From the human T2T-CHM13v2.0 reference genome, Homo sapiens: a stretch of DNA of 64,000 nt. Under the pieces are notes generated by a model. It was not told the DNA's origin. It was given only the letters and a program-made list of their open reading frames with translations, and did not search any database. Position 1 is the stretch's first letter; each line of letters starts with the position of its first letter. The stretch lies in the NCBI RefSeq assembly GCF_009914755.1, contig NC_060931.1; one strand, given 5' to 3'. Both the position numbers and the translations under genes were made by a program. Below are positions 32,440 to 51,585 of this stretch, piece after piece.

Positions 32440-33255
32440 CTCTCATCTCTAAGCATACATCTCACAGCCTGCCTCTCTAATTGCATGTTTAACAGGGAGG
32501 TCAATATTCTAATGTCCTAAAGAACTCTTAATTTTGCTTCCAAACCTACTCTTCCCCCAACATTCCCTATCTCATTTGCTTATATCGCCATTCCCCATAT
32601 TTCATATCTAATCCATCAATAAAATCCCAAATCCAACCACTTCTTACCATTCAACTCTAGTCTTGCCATCACCTTTTACACAGATTACTGCAGCACAGTC
32701 CTAATTTCCCTTTCTTCCACTGTCACCCACTTCATCCCATTCTCTCAAATCAGCCAGGCAAAACCTTTCAAAATGTAATGCAGATCATGCTATTCCCATG
32801 CTCAAAACCCTCCAATGACTTCTACTACTCTCAAAATACAATTCTACAACATCTACATAACCTGGCCCTGGGATACATTTTATACTTCTTTCACTCTCCT
32901 ATCAACCCTCTCTACTAGCTGGTCTCTTTGCTGCTTCTCAAACATGCCAAGCACCCTCCCCTCTCAGGCTCTTTGCACCTGTTATCCCCTCTATTCTTCT
33001 CTATTGAGAAGGCTCAATCCCTAGGGTCTCCCATGGCTTACTCCTTCATTCAAGTCTTTGCCCAAATGTCACTTTTCAGAGAGATCTTCCCTGACCACTT
33101 TATCGACCATAGCACTTTAATAAATATAACAACCTACCTCTATATCATCTATATATATCTTTTGTTTACATTATCTGTTTGCTATATAAAAGCACACTGT
33201 TTAGAACAGTGCCTGGCACATAGTTGGTGTCAATATATATTTGTTAAATGAGTTA
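32440..33255 (+). mobile_element. L2 fragment (more L2 at ~35200-36390 and ~40550-41100)
   Basis: Ends 'aacagtgcctggcacatagttggtgtcaatatatatttgttaaatgag', the canonical L2 3' end. Confidence 0.7.
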
Positions 33256-33602
33256 CCAAATCTGAAATTAATCTATATTTTTCAAGTATCAAGGTTGTCT
33301 CAGATTTGTAGCAGAAGGCCATTTTACCTTACCATATATCATTTATTTCAGACTAAGTTACTCTAAAATTTCTGACAATTAAGTTCTTTCATCAGTTATC
33401 TTCTTTCACCTTTTGCTTATTCCAGACTGAAGATCTCAAAACCTTTACATCAGATTGCAAGAGAAGTCTTACTTTACTCTCAAAAACCTTCATTAAAATC
33501 TCTGAATCTCACTGTATTTACTAGGAAGCAACTCACTGACAATCATGGCACAATTATGCCACAATCAATGGGAAAGTTGGGTACTATATCTCCTAACATT
33601 TT

Positions 33603-33970
33603 TGTCTTAGTCCATTTTATGCTTCTAGAACAGAATTACCTGAGACTGAGTAATTCATTTTAAAAATTTACTTCCTCACTGTTGTGGGATTTGGAAGTCC
33701 AAGATCAAGGCACTGACATTGAGGGCTTTCTTGCTGGGTTGTCCCATGATGGAAGGCATCACATGGGCAAGGGAAAGAGACGGGGAAGAGGACCAACTCA
33801 TCCTTTGATAAGAAACCCACTCCTGAGATAAAGAACCCACTCCCACATACCACATGCCTGCGATAAAAGCATTAATATGTTCATCTCTTAAAGGTCCCCA
33901 CTTCCCAACACCGTTGCAATAGACTAAGTTTCCAACACATGAACTTTCAGGACACATTCAAACTATAGCA
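33603..33970 (-). mobile_element. MST/MLT1A-type MaLR LTR
   Basis: 'tgtcttagtccatttt...ggaagtccaagatcaagg...ggacacattcaaactatagca'. Confidence 0.8.
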
Positions 33971-34659
33971 GTTTTGCTTCATGAATTCCTCATAGCTCAG
34001 TACAAGACTGTTTTAATTTAAGCAACTCCACATCCTGTACCTCTAATTCTGACAGTGGTAAAGAAGCAGATTCTCAAGTAGCTAGGAAACAGAGCTTACA
34101 TTTGATTTCCTTTCCTTTAAAATTTTAGATTTATGTTTTAAACACCTACAGTCTAGATCAAGCAAATCAAACAATTAATCCAGCTTATCTTTCTACACTA
34201 ACACCAAACAAAGAAAGAGGAAAGAACAGTATTTGCTCTTTCAGGCATTCACTAAGCAGCATCATATGCTGGGAAGAATATGGAAGAACTGTTGGTATTA
34301 AGTTGGCCCAGTAACGATACTTATTCTTATTCTGAGAATATGATACGCAATGGTAACTCAAGGTTCAATATAAGAACAGTAAAAAGGGAAAAGTGTTCCA
34401 AAAACTACTCCTCAGTTTAAAAAAAAAGAGTAAGAGGTAAGCAAGGCCAGTTTTTCATAAGTGTGGGTATGGGTGACGAAGAGCCTCTCATGGAGGTTTT
34501 ATATTCACCTTATGTTGGCCAAATATGAGGGCTAAATGACTAGTCTCAAGGGCAAAGAATCTTGCAAAGGCCATCAGAACTTCTAAGCAAAGACATAAGC
34601 AAAGTTCTCGTGCAAAGCTCAATTTTAAATATTCTTCTCTATGCATAGAAAGTTTCATG

Positions 34660-34900
34660 GTAGAGCAGATTGAGCACAAGCCAGAAAGAACTGGGTCGAA
34701 ATGCTAGTTCCACCACTCATTAGCTATATGACTTTGAGCAAATTATTTAACCTCTCTAATTCTCCACCTCCCTTTATAATATGGGCAGTGAAAATATTTA
34801 TTTTAAGGTCTTGTATGAAGATTAAATAAGAAAACAGGTGGAAATTGTTAGCACCAGATATGGAACCCTATATATGCTCAGTAACTATTCATTTCCTTCA
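34660..34900 (+). mobile_element. MIR
   Basis: 'ctgggtcgaaatgctagttccaccactcattagctatatgactttgagcaaattatttaacctctct'. Confidence 0.7.
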
Positions 34901-36398
34901 TCCTTTGGTCCAACCATCTAGGAAAAAAAAAAAAAAAAAACAGCAGAGCTACTGCTCACAAAATATTTTTATTTTAAAAGTTCTTTAAGTAATAAAAGTT
35001 GCCCCTCTCCAAGCTTCCTTGCCTCTCTGCAAAGATCCCTATCAACCAGCAGGCACAATCTGGAGTCTACCAGGACTAACTGCATTCTTCTCTTTATTCC
35101 GTGAATGTCAGCCTTGACCAACAGTCCCGGACACCCAGGTTACCCTTTACCACTCACGTCTAATCCCTGAGAGGCCCTGGACTTTGCCTATTCTGTCACC
35201 ATCTCCCAGAAACCCTCCAACTGTGTTCTCTAGAATTCAGTGTATAGTGACCAAAATCTCCTCCTCAATCCTTCCATAAAATATCTCTTCACTTTCTTGC
35301 TCTAACCAATACCTGGCTGTCCCTTGAGGACAATGCTTCCACTGTAGACCCCTCTTACGTGTAGGGATGAGCTTTCCTCTTGCAGTCCTAGGTTGCACCA
35401 GGCCTATAAGCAGGTTGGGTAGATCCCATATTCTCCTTCCTAACCCCCACCCATTCAAATATTCCCATCATCTGACTATACCACTCAGCATACCTCTTGT
35501 TTCTGTGATCTAATAACCCTGGATTCCCCTCTCACCCCGTATTTTAGCTCTTGGCTCGATGACACTCTCTCAACTTCTATCTTAGTTCTCAATATTTTCA
35601 ACATACTTATCCTTCAATATACTGATCCTTCAAACACTAAGGCCTCCAATTACATTAACTCATCTCCTCCGATGGCCTTTCTTTCATCCTTCCTCAGCCA
35701 CTCACTCCCATGGTCACACTCTAGACTTTACTTGCCATTACCAAAAACTCCTTTTTCTCAATTTCATGCATCTCACTTTATGGCCACTATATTCTAGTCT
35801 TCCTGTTCAGTCCCTCATAAACACATCCCAATTGATCAACAACCTTCAACCATGCTGAAACTCACAATTCATTAAGCATGTCACCTTCTCACCATCCCTC
35901 ATTGCGTCCTACCCAATGTCCTCTCTTTGCTCCTTGCCCAGACTAAATCTATAGTCTATCATCATAATTACTCCCTTGCACGCCCCTGCACCTACCTCCC
36001 TGGAACCTCACCTACTCTGGATTATTCAGTGGCCATGACCTCAACCCTAGCTACATCCAACCCTTACTACCTGGGCCTGAACGACTGGCCTTATCTGAAA
36101 AACATACAGCCACACTAACTGGTCTCACTTTAAATTTCATGACCACTAATCCTCAGGTAAGCACTCAAGTGGGTCCTGCCCAGCCATCATGCTGTTCCTC
36201 ACACATTCACCCTCCCACTTCTAGATAACTATGTAGTATACGAATCTCTCTCCACAAACTGCCAATACCTCAACCTGCACCTCCATCTCATCTATTTCCT
36301 GGAAAAAAATCAAAGAAACCAAAAGACAACCTGTCCCCAAATCTCACCACTACATCTACACTCTCTCTCTACTCTAGTCTCTATCTTCTCTTCTAGCT

Positions 36399-38169
<1,771 letters not shown>

Positions 38170-39425
38170 TTCTGGATGAACTCTCCATGCTCTTACAAGA
38201 GGCCAACCTCCTAGACAATGCTCCAGAATGTCTTTCCTTTCTCTCCTACATTGTCAATCTTATCTACTCTCAAGTGAGTCTTTCCCATTGGCATTCACCT
38301 AGAAAAGACCCTCCTTCAACCTCCCTTTTCCCTCCAGTTATGGCCTTATTTCTCACCTTTCCTTTTCAATAAAACTCTCCAAAAGAAGGCTTGGATTGGT
38401 AAGCAAGAGGAGCTGGGTAAGAGGAGGAGGAGCGCTATCTGTACATATGAATGAGAAGCAAAATCAGCACCCAATCAGCAATCAACCCTTTCTGAAATTA
38501 AAAAGAAAAAGAAAACCCAGGCACCTGACATTCCTAGAGATTTTCTAATACATCAGCAACATAATACAAACCTTTTTAAAAATTCTTTTTAATTTACTGC
38601 TTGTAGACAGTGTCTAGCCACCACATTGCACAACCCCTCCCCTGCCCCATGATTTCAGACATCAAATATTAACACAAAGTGAGTAATGCAAAAAGAAAGG
38701 GGGTTAATCAGACACCTTGAGAGAAAGGAAAAAATAACACTGATTCAATGAGAGCTGTTAATGAGGCTTTTTGTTTTGGTAGATTAATTTGGGAGTCTGA
38801 TGACTAAGAAGAAAATCTAAGCTTCTCAGGTGACTGCTATTGATTATTATCAAGGTTTCTTTTTAATCGAAGAGATGCTTTCGCCAAATTCTATAGTTTA
38901 TGAATTTTAGATGTTTATCTGAAATCTATGTCTACCCTAATAGTATAGAAAACTTTCCTCATTAGCAAATTGAAAGACCTCCCCTTATTGATTCTGTATT
39001 ATAACTTGACAGATGATGAGCACTTCAGGCTGTGAACTGCTGATGTTTAAATATATTACCCTAATATTCTTTAAGTATTGCCAATTGTAAACCTCATTAA
39101 CTCCCAGCATGTGGCCAAGGCCTGGATTTCATCACGACAGCCTCACAAAATGAAAACAGGTATATAAAAATGATTTTATCATCAACATTATTATATCCTC
39201 CTTCACCTTGTGAAATCTTTAAAAGGCCATATATTCTTTCCTCAGAAAAAGAATAGCAAACATAGGAAAGGCAGAGAACATGCTTTATTTATATAGGCCA
39301 CATATTTCTAAACTTTAGATTTCTTTTTCATCTTTTCTTCTTTGATGCCTTTATTCTTCATGCATCAAAACAGGAACTGTCCCAGGACTCAATCTCTTTA
39401 CTCTGAACAGAAAGGAATTATCTGA

Positions 39426-39712
39426 GGCCGGGCATAGTGGCTCACGTCTGTAATTCCAGCACTTTGGGAGGGCTGAGGCAGGTGGATCACTTGAGGTCAG
39501 GAATTCCAGACAAGCCTGACCAACATGGGGAGACCCCGTCTTTACTAAAAATACAAAAATTAGCCGGGTGTGGTGGTGCATGCCTATAATCGCAGCTACT
39601 GGGGAGGCTGAAGCAGGAGAATTGCTTGAGCCCAGTAAGGGAGGTTGCAGTGAGCTGAGATCATCCCACTGTGCTCCAGCCTGAGACTCTGTCTCAAAAA
39701 AAAAAAAAAAAA
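39426..39712 (+). mobile_element. Alu (AluS) with small right-arm deletion
   Basis: Dimeric Alu; 'ctccagcctgagactctgtctc' lacks the ggcgacagag segment. Confidence 0.9.
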
Positions 39713-41477
39713 TTAAGGGTTTGATTATATTGCTGTCATTTTGGTACAACAAAGTGGCAGGGGGCTGACAAGGCGGTATGGTGAATCTGTCAGCTTCATC
39801 ACTAGCAAACTGAGATATCTAACATTCCCTTTTCCAAAAGAAGTGCCAACTTCTGTTTGCACATGGAGTGCAAAGAGGTTCCACACTGGAGATGAAAGAC
39901 ATATGTGTGGTAAATTCCTTTGTGACCCTAGCAAGCCAACTGGATCCCTGAGCCACCCGGTGCCCACCTCACAGACAGTGCTTGGTACCCGTAACCCTCA
40001 GTAAGTCAGGCACTCAACACCTCCAGCTTATTCTAGTCCCATGTGGTCTTCCCAGGTGAGAAGGTCAGTCACAAGTGAAGACAGTTCTTTAGCCTTGACT
40101 CCCTTTAACGAGATAACAGTCAGTAACAACAACAAATAGAACGTGTGCAAAGATCAAAGGAAGAATTTTCACCTTGCTCTTAACAGGTAAGTTGTATGAA
40201 CAATGTATAAAAATTATACTTAGAAGATATACAAAGCTTTATTCTCATTTTGAATGAAAAAATAATAATCACAACCAAATCTAAAAGGTACAGTTCAGTT
40301 ACGTGGTACAGTAAGGTCTAGGCCCTGAGAAGTCCTTAGAGTCCCACCTCCTCCTCAAATGCTGGGACAAGCCCTCTTCATTCATTAAGGCCCACCAAAA
40401 ACAAAAGGCTTCCAGCCCTAGACACTCAAAGTCTCCTCTCATCTCCCTTACGGAACTTCATAAATTGATTAAATCCATCATTAAGTAGATTAAAACAGTG
40501 GAATGCAGGGAGGTCTAAACACAACAAAGAGTATTAACAGCAAGTATGCTGTTACACAGGCAAATCGTGCCAATCCCCTCATTCAAATTAGCCTTTGATG
40601 GCTCTCCAGCACTCTCAAGATAAAGAACCCCAATCCTTAATATGAGGTACAAGTCCCTACACAGTCTGGGCACAGCCCACCTCTCCCACCACCATGCCCT
40701 GCACTTCCATGCTCCAGGCAAGCCAGCCTCTGCATTTCAAAACACAGGACCTTTACAACTGCTGTTCCCTCTGCCTGCAACTCTCTGTCCTCTGTACTCC
40801 CACCTCCAACTCCTGCAACTCAGATGTCACTCATGGAAAGTCTTCCCAATTTCCCAGTCCAAATGAAGCCCTTATTTGGTGTTACTCACACCATCTCTCT
40901 CTTTCATAGCAGTATCACTACATCAATTCACATTTATTTCAGGCTCCCTGATGAATACCTGTCTGCTCCATTAAATTAGAAGCTCCAAGAGGGCAACAAG
41001 CACTGTGTTTTTTTTTCCATTCACCATGTTATCCTCAATATACACAACTGTGCCAAGCACAGAGATGAGGTTCCCAAAGAGCTGCTGAATAACTGGAGAG
41101 TGTTCAGAGAGAAGCTCCAACATGGAAGGCTGACCAATGTACCCAAGGCACTCATGCATCATTCCACTAGAAACAAGAGTGCTACAGAAAACAGGATCCC
41201 TCTCTCAGCAAGCTGGAGGTGTTAAGGCCGTAAGTGCACAGGCATTTAAATTCCCTGCCCAGAGTTCCATCCCAGCCCACACATAGGTGAAGTCTTTAGG
41301 AAGCAGCCATGCCCTCACAGAGACAGTTGACAACAGGGGTCACTGACTGGAAAATGTCTGGATCAAGCCAAAACTACCACTAGAAAAAGGTTTTTTTCCG
41401 GATCAGGCTGGCCCTTGGCAAAGAAAATTCTTCACAACTATAAGCTTTCTAACGTCCCGGAAAAAACAGCTACATGA

Positions 41478-43065
<1,588 letters not shown>

Positions 43066-43718
43066 GTGAGTAACAGAATTCAAAATACAGCTTCTATTCC
43101 CGGGCTTTCGTAAAAATGCTTCTTAGTACACTTAACTAAATTTAGTCAACAAATTGATATAAAACCCTCATTTGATTATTACACATTATATACATGTACT
43201 GAACTAACACTCTGTATCTAATATGTACAATTACTACACGCCAACTAGAAATGAAAGGAAAAAAATAACTGAGATGTTCACAGTTTTTGCAACTAAAAGG
43301 TTTGTTATAGGGCAAAGGATTAAGGCCATCTAACATTTTCTGTGTCACAGTAAAACACTGAGATTTAAGATAATACAAAATCTAAAAGAAAATGTCAAAA
43401 GAGGACTGTGAGATTATGAGAAGAGGCAGCTCAGAACACTGAAAAGGCCAAGGAATTTAAAACCTGACAGGCCTGAGCACCTTTTAGCTACAAACTGCTT
43501 AAATACCAAGAGCTTCAGTTATCTCATCGATAAAACCAAGAAAACAAAGTCGGCCTTTCAAATCTGTCACAAGCTTTTGAGAAAATACACACATTATGTT
43601 ATACTATATATGTAAAATATATATTACACATTGTTATCTGATAAATGTAAGGCTGTATTTTTGGATATTATATGTTTAAAAAAAGAAAAAGCATGTCTAT
43701 TAATGGGAAGGGGGATAA

Positions 43719-44101
<383 letters not shown>

Positions 44102-44199
44102 TAAACATTTTTGCTCTTTCTTATACCTTCAGAGGTCTTCCAATTCTATCAAATAAAGGCCCATAAACATATTAATGTATGTAGCAACCAAAATTTTCG

Positions 44200-45665
44200 C
44201 AGAGAGAGACACAAAATTTAAAAAACAAAGAAAAATCCTGTAATGTTAAATTTAAAAGGAGATGTTATTATGAACTTTCAATTTTTTAAAGTTTATATAT
44301 TTCCCAGCTCTTTTCACTGAAAAGTCAGAGAAGCAGTAACACCCTGGTAACAATAAGCCAGTGCCCAGAGCTTTGTTCCTAAGCACCATTCCTAAATAAA
44401 AGGAATCAGAGCTTCTTGTTGGGGGGAAAAGTGATTTCCAGGTCAAAGGCAGGAACGGTCCAAGGTGAGCCTGGAACAACTAATTTGCCAAAAGCAAGGA
44501 GCACCTGAAAGCTGAGAATGAGAAGCCAGCTTGAGGCCCAGCCCTCCCACTGACCAGTTATGAGACGCTTTGCCTGTAAGGGCATACTGGTAATGGAGTA
44601 TAATACAGAATTAAAGTATGCAAATCCAGTAATTTATGTTGATAAAAAAGATTAAAAGACAAAGAAAAGGGGGAAGAGGAAAGAAAGTTTCTGTTTACCA
44701 AGGAATGTTGGACAATATATACAGGAGAAATTATAGGATTAGAAAAATCGCCACCTTTTAAACATCAATAGAATAACCGGTTCAGCAAAGAATCATCATG
44801 GATGCTAAAACCATCAGGTGAAAGGTTGCTGGAGAAAATATCCATGTGATCTTGACATATCATCCCACAAATTATCTACTCATATAACAACAAAATGTAG
44901 CCTTTACAATGGAAATATCAGGTGGATGCCAGCTTCACCAACTTATCAAACAGCATCACCAACACCTGGACACGATCCCTCCTGAGGAGATACAATGGGT
45001 AGTATAGAATAGCTCCTAACCTATACCCCAGAATTTATCCTGAATTGAATCAGACAATGAGGAAACAATCAGACAAGTCCAGAATGCAGGACCTTCAACC
45101 AAATAACTCGCCTGGATTTCAAAAGTCAATATCACGAAAAACAATATAATATTTCTGTTCTGTTTTAGAGTAAAAGAGACATAACTAACTGCAGTATAAT
45201 CTTCAATCAAAAAACAAAAAAAGAAAGAAACAAGAATAGGCAAAGAGCCATTTGAGGTTGGGAAGGGAGGTGAACACACCAGATCTGCAAATATACTTGA
45301 AAGTTCTAGTATATTTAAATATGGAATAGACATTAGCTGATACTTGACATGATCATTAATTCTCCTAAGTGCAATAATAGCATGGGGGGTTATGTAGGAG
45401 AATGTTCTTAGTCTCAGAAGATAAATGCTGAAATATTGTGATGTGTACAATTTACACTTAAGTGTTCCAACCATAAAAAGAAATTATGTGTGTACGTGTT
45501 TGTGTGTAGAAAATGTGTGTGTACAAAGACAGCACAAAGATGGTAAAAATTTTAATAAAAAGTCAATCTAGGTGAAGGGTATAGATTGTGTGCTCACCAT
45601 ATTCTTCTCTCAACTTTTTTGTGACTCAGATTTTTTTTTCTGTAGTTTAAAATTTTTCCAAATTA
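44200..45665 (+). mobile_element. Old L1MC/L1ME 3' fragments
   Basis: 'aagcaccattcctaaataaaaggaatcagagc', 'aatctaggtgaagggtata...ttctctcaacttttt'. Confidence 0.55.
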
Positions 45666-46078
45666 CAAAAAACTGATCTCAAATATTAAGGCAGATAATC
45701 CATGTTGCATGTGAACTTGGTCACACTTCCTCTGAAACATGAGCCATTCTAGGAGGTGAAAAAACAACTAGATTTTCCACAGAAAAATGCTTGCTGGCAT
45801 AAGTCTGTGTTTTGCATAGTTTCAGCTTAAATGAACTAGTGTGAAATATAGCCCAGCCTTTTCCTGCACCACCCTGCTCATACATTACATTTTCCTACCA
45901 AGCAAAGAATCCCCCTTGGGGTTAGGGTAGAAAACAAAGGTAAGAAGGTTAAAAAGGAAACCTTCTGCCGCTGGAACAGAGAGAGAAGGCATAATCCAAC
46001 AATCCTCCAGAATACTGCAACAAGTAGATCACCTAATTCCCTGCCTGCTCCCTCCCAGTCATCAAGGCCTTCATTTTA

Positions 46079-47788
<1,710 letters not shown>

Positions 47789-48234
47789 TTGGGTGACAAG
47801 TGCATAAATAAGAAAAGGAAAGTGCTAGTGAAAACTGAGAGTATTCGAAGTACATAAAGACATTATACATGGGTTATATCTCAAACTGCTGCATGTGGGA
47901 AAATCAGACACATGAAGATTCCAATAAATAGAGAAAATTCAGAGCTAGAGAACTCCACCTCAGAGTGATAGGTAACTGCAATCTGTCAAAAGGGTGCTGG
48001 CAAGCAGCAGGGACAGAAGCAAAGTCTCCTACAGTTTACCTAGAGAAGGAAGAAGGCAAGGTCCTTTACAGTTTACCTAGAGAAGGTTAGTTCTTGTACA
48101 TTATACTTTGGCTATTAGCAGACATTGGTGTTTGATTAGCAAGAGTTCAGAGTCCAAAATTCTTCGTGTAATGGTAAAAGCCATTGCAATCTTATACAGC
48201 TTAAGGAAAACCCATTTTTAAAATGTAAGCAGAA

Positions 48235-48545
48235 GGCCAGATAAAGTGGCTTACACCTGTAATCCCAACACTTTGGGAGGTAGAGGCAAGCGGATGGCTT
48301 GAGCCCAGGAGTTTGAGACCAGCCTGGGCAATACGGCAAAATCCCGTCTCTACAAAAAAATACAAAAATTAGCTGGGCATGGTGGCGCACGGCTTTGATA
48401 CCAGCTACTCAGGAGGCTGAGGTGAGAGGATAGCTTGTACCTGGGAGACAGAAGTTGCACTGAGCCAAGATCATGCCACTGTACTCCAGCCCGAGCAACA
48501 GAGTGAGAACCTGCCTCAAAAGAAGGAGGGAAAAAAGTTCCAACA
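48235..48545 (+). mobile_element. Alu (AluJ-like)
   Basis: Dimeric Alu; TSD aaaatgtaagcaga / aaaatggaagcaga. Confidence 0.9.
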
Positions 48546-49090
48546 AAATGGAAGCAGAGAAGACTGGTAGGGAAAAAAAGAATCCAAAGGCATTCTGCAA
48601 CGTGTCCTATTTGATTCTATATGGTACAGTTTCTTTCCTCTAGCTTTTGCAGAGTGCCTTTCTTGGGGCTTTGGAATCACCTGTGAATTTTTAAAGGCGA
48701 TTTGCTCAGAAAGAAAGATTATAGAAAAGTAACGTTCATAGAGCTATGTTGTACATTTACTCACAATTTTACAGCTGCCTTGAAAAATACCAAAGGCATA
48801 TAAATACTCTCATACATCTGCACATCACCACCTTGTTGACAATAATAGTTCTCTGATACGATAAAGCATTCTTTAAAAGAGTCAAATATATACATATTGA
48901 ATCCCCAACTTGAAACAATGATTGAAGGAACTACATTATTACTCAAATAATGTAATAATAATAGTAGTAAGTACAGAAAATGGTCCTAAGAGATGGGAAG
49001 GTATACATTTAATGACTTCCTGGTCATTAGAGCAAAAGAAAGCTGTTTCAAACAAAAAGAATTAAATAAAATAATTAAAAATAAACATAC

Positions 49091-49233
49091 CCATCTTTGG
49101 TCTGATCCACCACTCCACTTAAAAGTTCCACAGTCTTTGGATTAGGCTGGCTTTCTCCAAAAATGTTCAAGTATCGAGTGACAAAGTCATTGGGGGACAT
49201 GAAAAATTCACCGTTTTTCTCAATGCTTGCATA
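49091..49233 (-). CDS. SLC25A13: SLC25A13 (citrin) coding exon 3, 143 bp, residues Y24-G71
   Basis: Minus strand translates [47 protein letters not shown](G), matching citrin rather than paralog aralar/SLC25A12 (YASTEVDGERYMTPEDF...). Acceptor ttttctttttttttaaacAG at 49235-49234; donor GG|GTATGT at 49090-49089. Starts in phase 0, ends in phase 2. Confidence 0.97.
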
Positions 49234-49424
49234 CTGTTTAAAAAAAAGAAAAACAGTATTTTATATATTTGATTTTCAACAGTATATAATCATGAGAGTG
49301 ATATGTGAAAAAGTTGAAAATATCCAAACGATAAAATATCAGATATGATCATGTACGCTTCATAATGACCATTATCTCCCAACAGTTCAAAGAAAAAACA
49401 AGTCAAGTTTTATGTTTATAAACT

Positions 49425-49632
49425 TAACTGGGAGCAATGTTTTCCCACAGGGACACTTGGCAATATCTGATGGCAATTAAGATTGTCATAACATGTGAGG
49501 AAGGGTGCTACTGGCTCCAGCAGGTAGAGGCCAGGGATGTTGCTAGACATCCAACAATACACAGGATGACTCCCTGCAACAGACAGTTCTCCAGCCCAAA
49601 GTGTGGGCAGTGTCCAGGTTCAGAAACCCTGG
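49425..49632 (+). mobile_element. MER20-like hAT DNA transposon relic
   Basis: 'ggacacttggcaatatctg...gtgctactggc...gtagaggccagggatgttgctagacatcc...gttcagaaaccctg'. Confidence 0.75.
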
Positions 49633-50359
49633 TTTATAGAAATTTGGAAAGACAAACTATGTCTTGTTTTTTAGCAAAGGCACATAGCTTTTTAAAAAAA
49701 AAAAAAAAGTGGAATTACGAAGTCATGGAGGCAAACAACCTAATTCCTTTGCCCCATTCCTGCTTTAAGAGCATCAATGATACAAGAAAGGATGGCAAAC
49801 AAGCTAAGCTGGACAGCAAACTACTAAGTGCGTGTCATCTTGGGCAATCTTATGGAGGGAGGCAGTAAATGCTGCTCTAGTTACTGTCCTCTCCATTCTA
49901 AGGCATTACCATGCAGAAATGCTCAGTAAGAATTAGGTGGCAAACAACGCTTCCTCACAGTGTTCTCCTAGGTCTGGCCTTTAATGTGATACACTCCAGC
50001 CTGGATAAGAGAGAGCCCATTAATTTCTGTTGCATGGAGCCCTAAGGGCAGAAATGCTGAGAAACGACATGGGATCATGTGGTGTCCTTATGAAGCAGGA
50101 GACGGCCTCTTGATCCTGGGGACAAAGCAGTGGTTTGGGGACTGAGGAGGCAAGGATAGTGCATCTACAAGAACAAGCCTAGCTGGGTGATAAGAACCAC
50201 ACTGGTAGCCATAGTGATGGAGGGTGCGCAGTGAAGTGCCAGGGCAGTGTCTCCCCTCTCTCTCTAATCTGAGTTAAACCTGATTAAAACTGTTTTTAAA
50301 AGTCACTTGTTATTTCTACATTTTAATTCCAATGCAGACTAAGGCTTTGCTCAGATACT

Positions 50360-50600
50360 CAGTAGTAATATGCTTTGGCATCCCACGGGTCTGGACTGTG
50401 CCTCTTACCACTTGAATGGCCTCAGGTAAGTAACTAAAGCTTTTGGTACCTCTGGTTCCTCATTTGCAAAATGAATAGAATAACATTACAGCTTCATAAG
50501 ACTGATGCTAGAAATATTTAAATGAGATACTCATGTCATATACTTAGCACAACGCCCTATACACAATAAGTACTTTATATTAAATAAATGTTCTATAGTA
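50360..50600 (+). mobile_element. MIR
   Basis: 'ctcaggtaagtaactaaagc...cctctggttcctcatttgcaaaatgaatagaataac'. Confidence 0.65.
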
Positions 50601-51228
50601 TTGTCTTACAGTTAACATTTTTTTTAGCACACTACAAGGGAAAGGCTCAAAGATGCCCCAGTGATCCTACTATTCTTCAGTTAGCATTTAATTCGGCTTT
50701 TTGGACATGTAAAGAATTATATTTTGATTTTCCTAACTGAGCCAAAACAAGATGAAAATATAAAGGAAATATCACTGCTAATTACAGCAATCTTATGACT
50801 TAGTAATTATACCTAAGTTTGCCCCTGATAGTGAATAATTTATTTTACTATACAATTTAACTTTTCTCCTACCAGTAGACATTTCCAGTTTTTTGTATTT
50901 TTAAATAAAGCTAAGGTAGTAAGCTTTGAATATAACATTTGTCCAAATTCCTGGCAATTTTCAAAGGCTAGGCTCCCAGAAGAGAAATTGTTGAGTCAAA
51001 GGAGAGGAACTTCTGGGCTCTTGGTACTTATTATCACACTGCTCTCCGGAAAAGATTGTACCAATTTACACTCCCACCAACAGTGTGTGAACATGCCCTT
51101 TACTCACTTTGGTCTATTATATTTGTTGCAAATATTTTTCCAGTTTGATATTTTTATATAATTGAGTGTATAGAATTTTTTTCTCCTTTGAAATTTCTTC
51201 CATTACTTTTCTAAGCTTAGACACTAGC

Positions 51229-51585
51229 TGTATTAGTCTGTTCTTACACTGCTAATAAAGACATACCTGCGACTGGGTAATTTATAAATAAAAAGAGGTT
51301 TAATGGACTCACAGTTCCACATGGCTGGGAGGCCTCACAATCATGGTGGAAGGCGAATGAGGAGCAAAGTCACATCTTAACATGGCGGTAGGCAAGAGAG
51401 CTTGTGCAGGGGAACTCCCATTTATAAAACCATCAGATCTCATGAGACTTATTCACTACTACGAGAACAGTATGAGGGAAACCACCCCCATGACTCAATG
51501 ATCTCCACCTGGCTCCACCCTTTAAATGTGGGGATTATTACAATTTAAGGTGAAATTTGGGTGGGGACACAGCCAAGCCATATCA
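51229..51585 (-). mobile_element. THE1 (C/D-like) MaLR solo LTR, sense to SLC25A13
   Basis: tgtattagtctgttctt...gggtggggacacagccaagccatatca; degenerate 5-bp TSD ctagc/ccagt. Confidence 0.92.
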
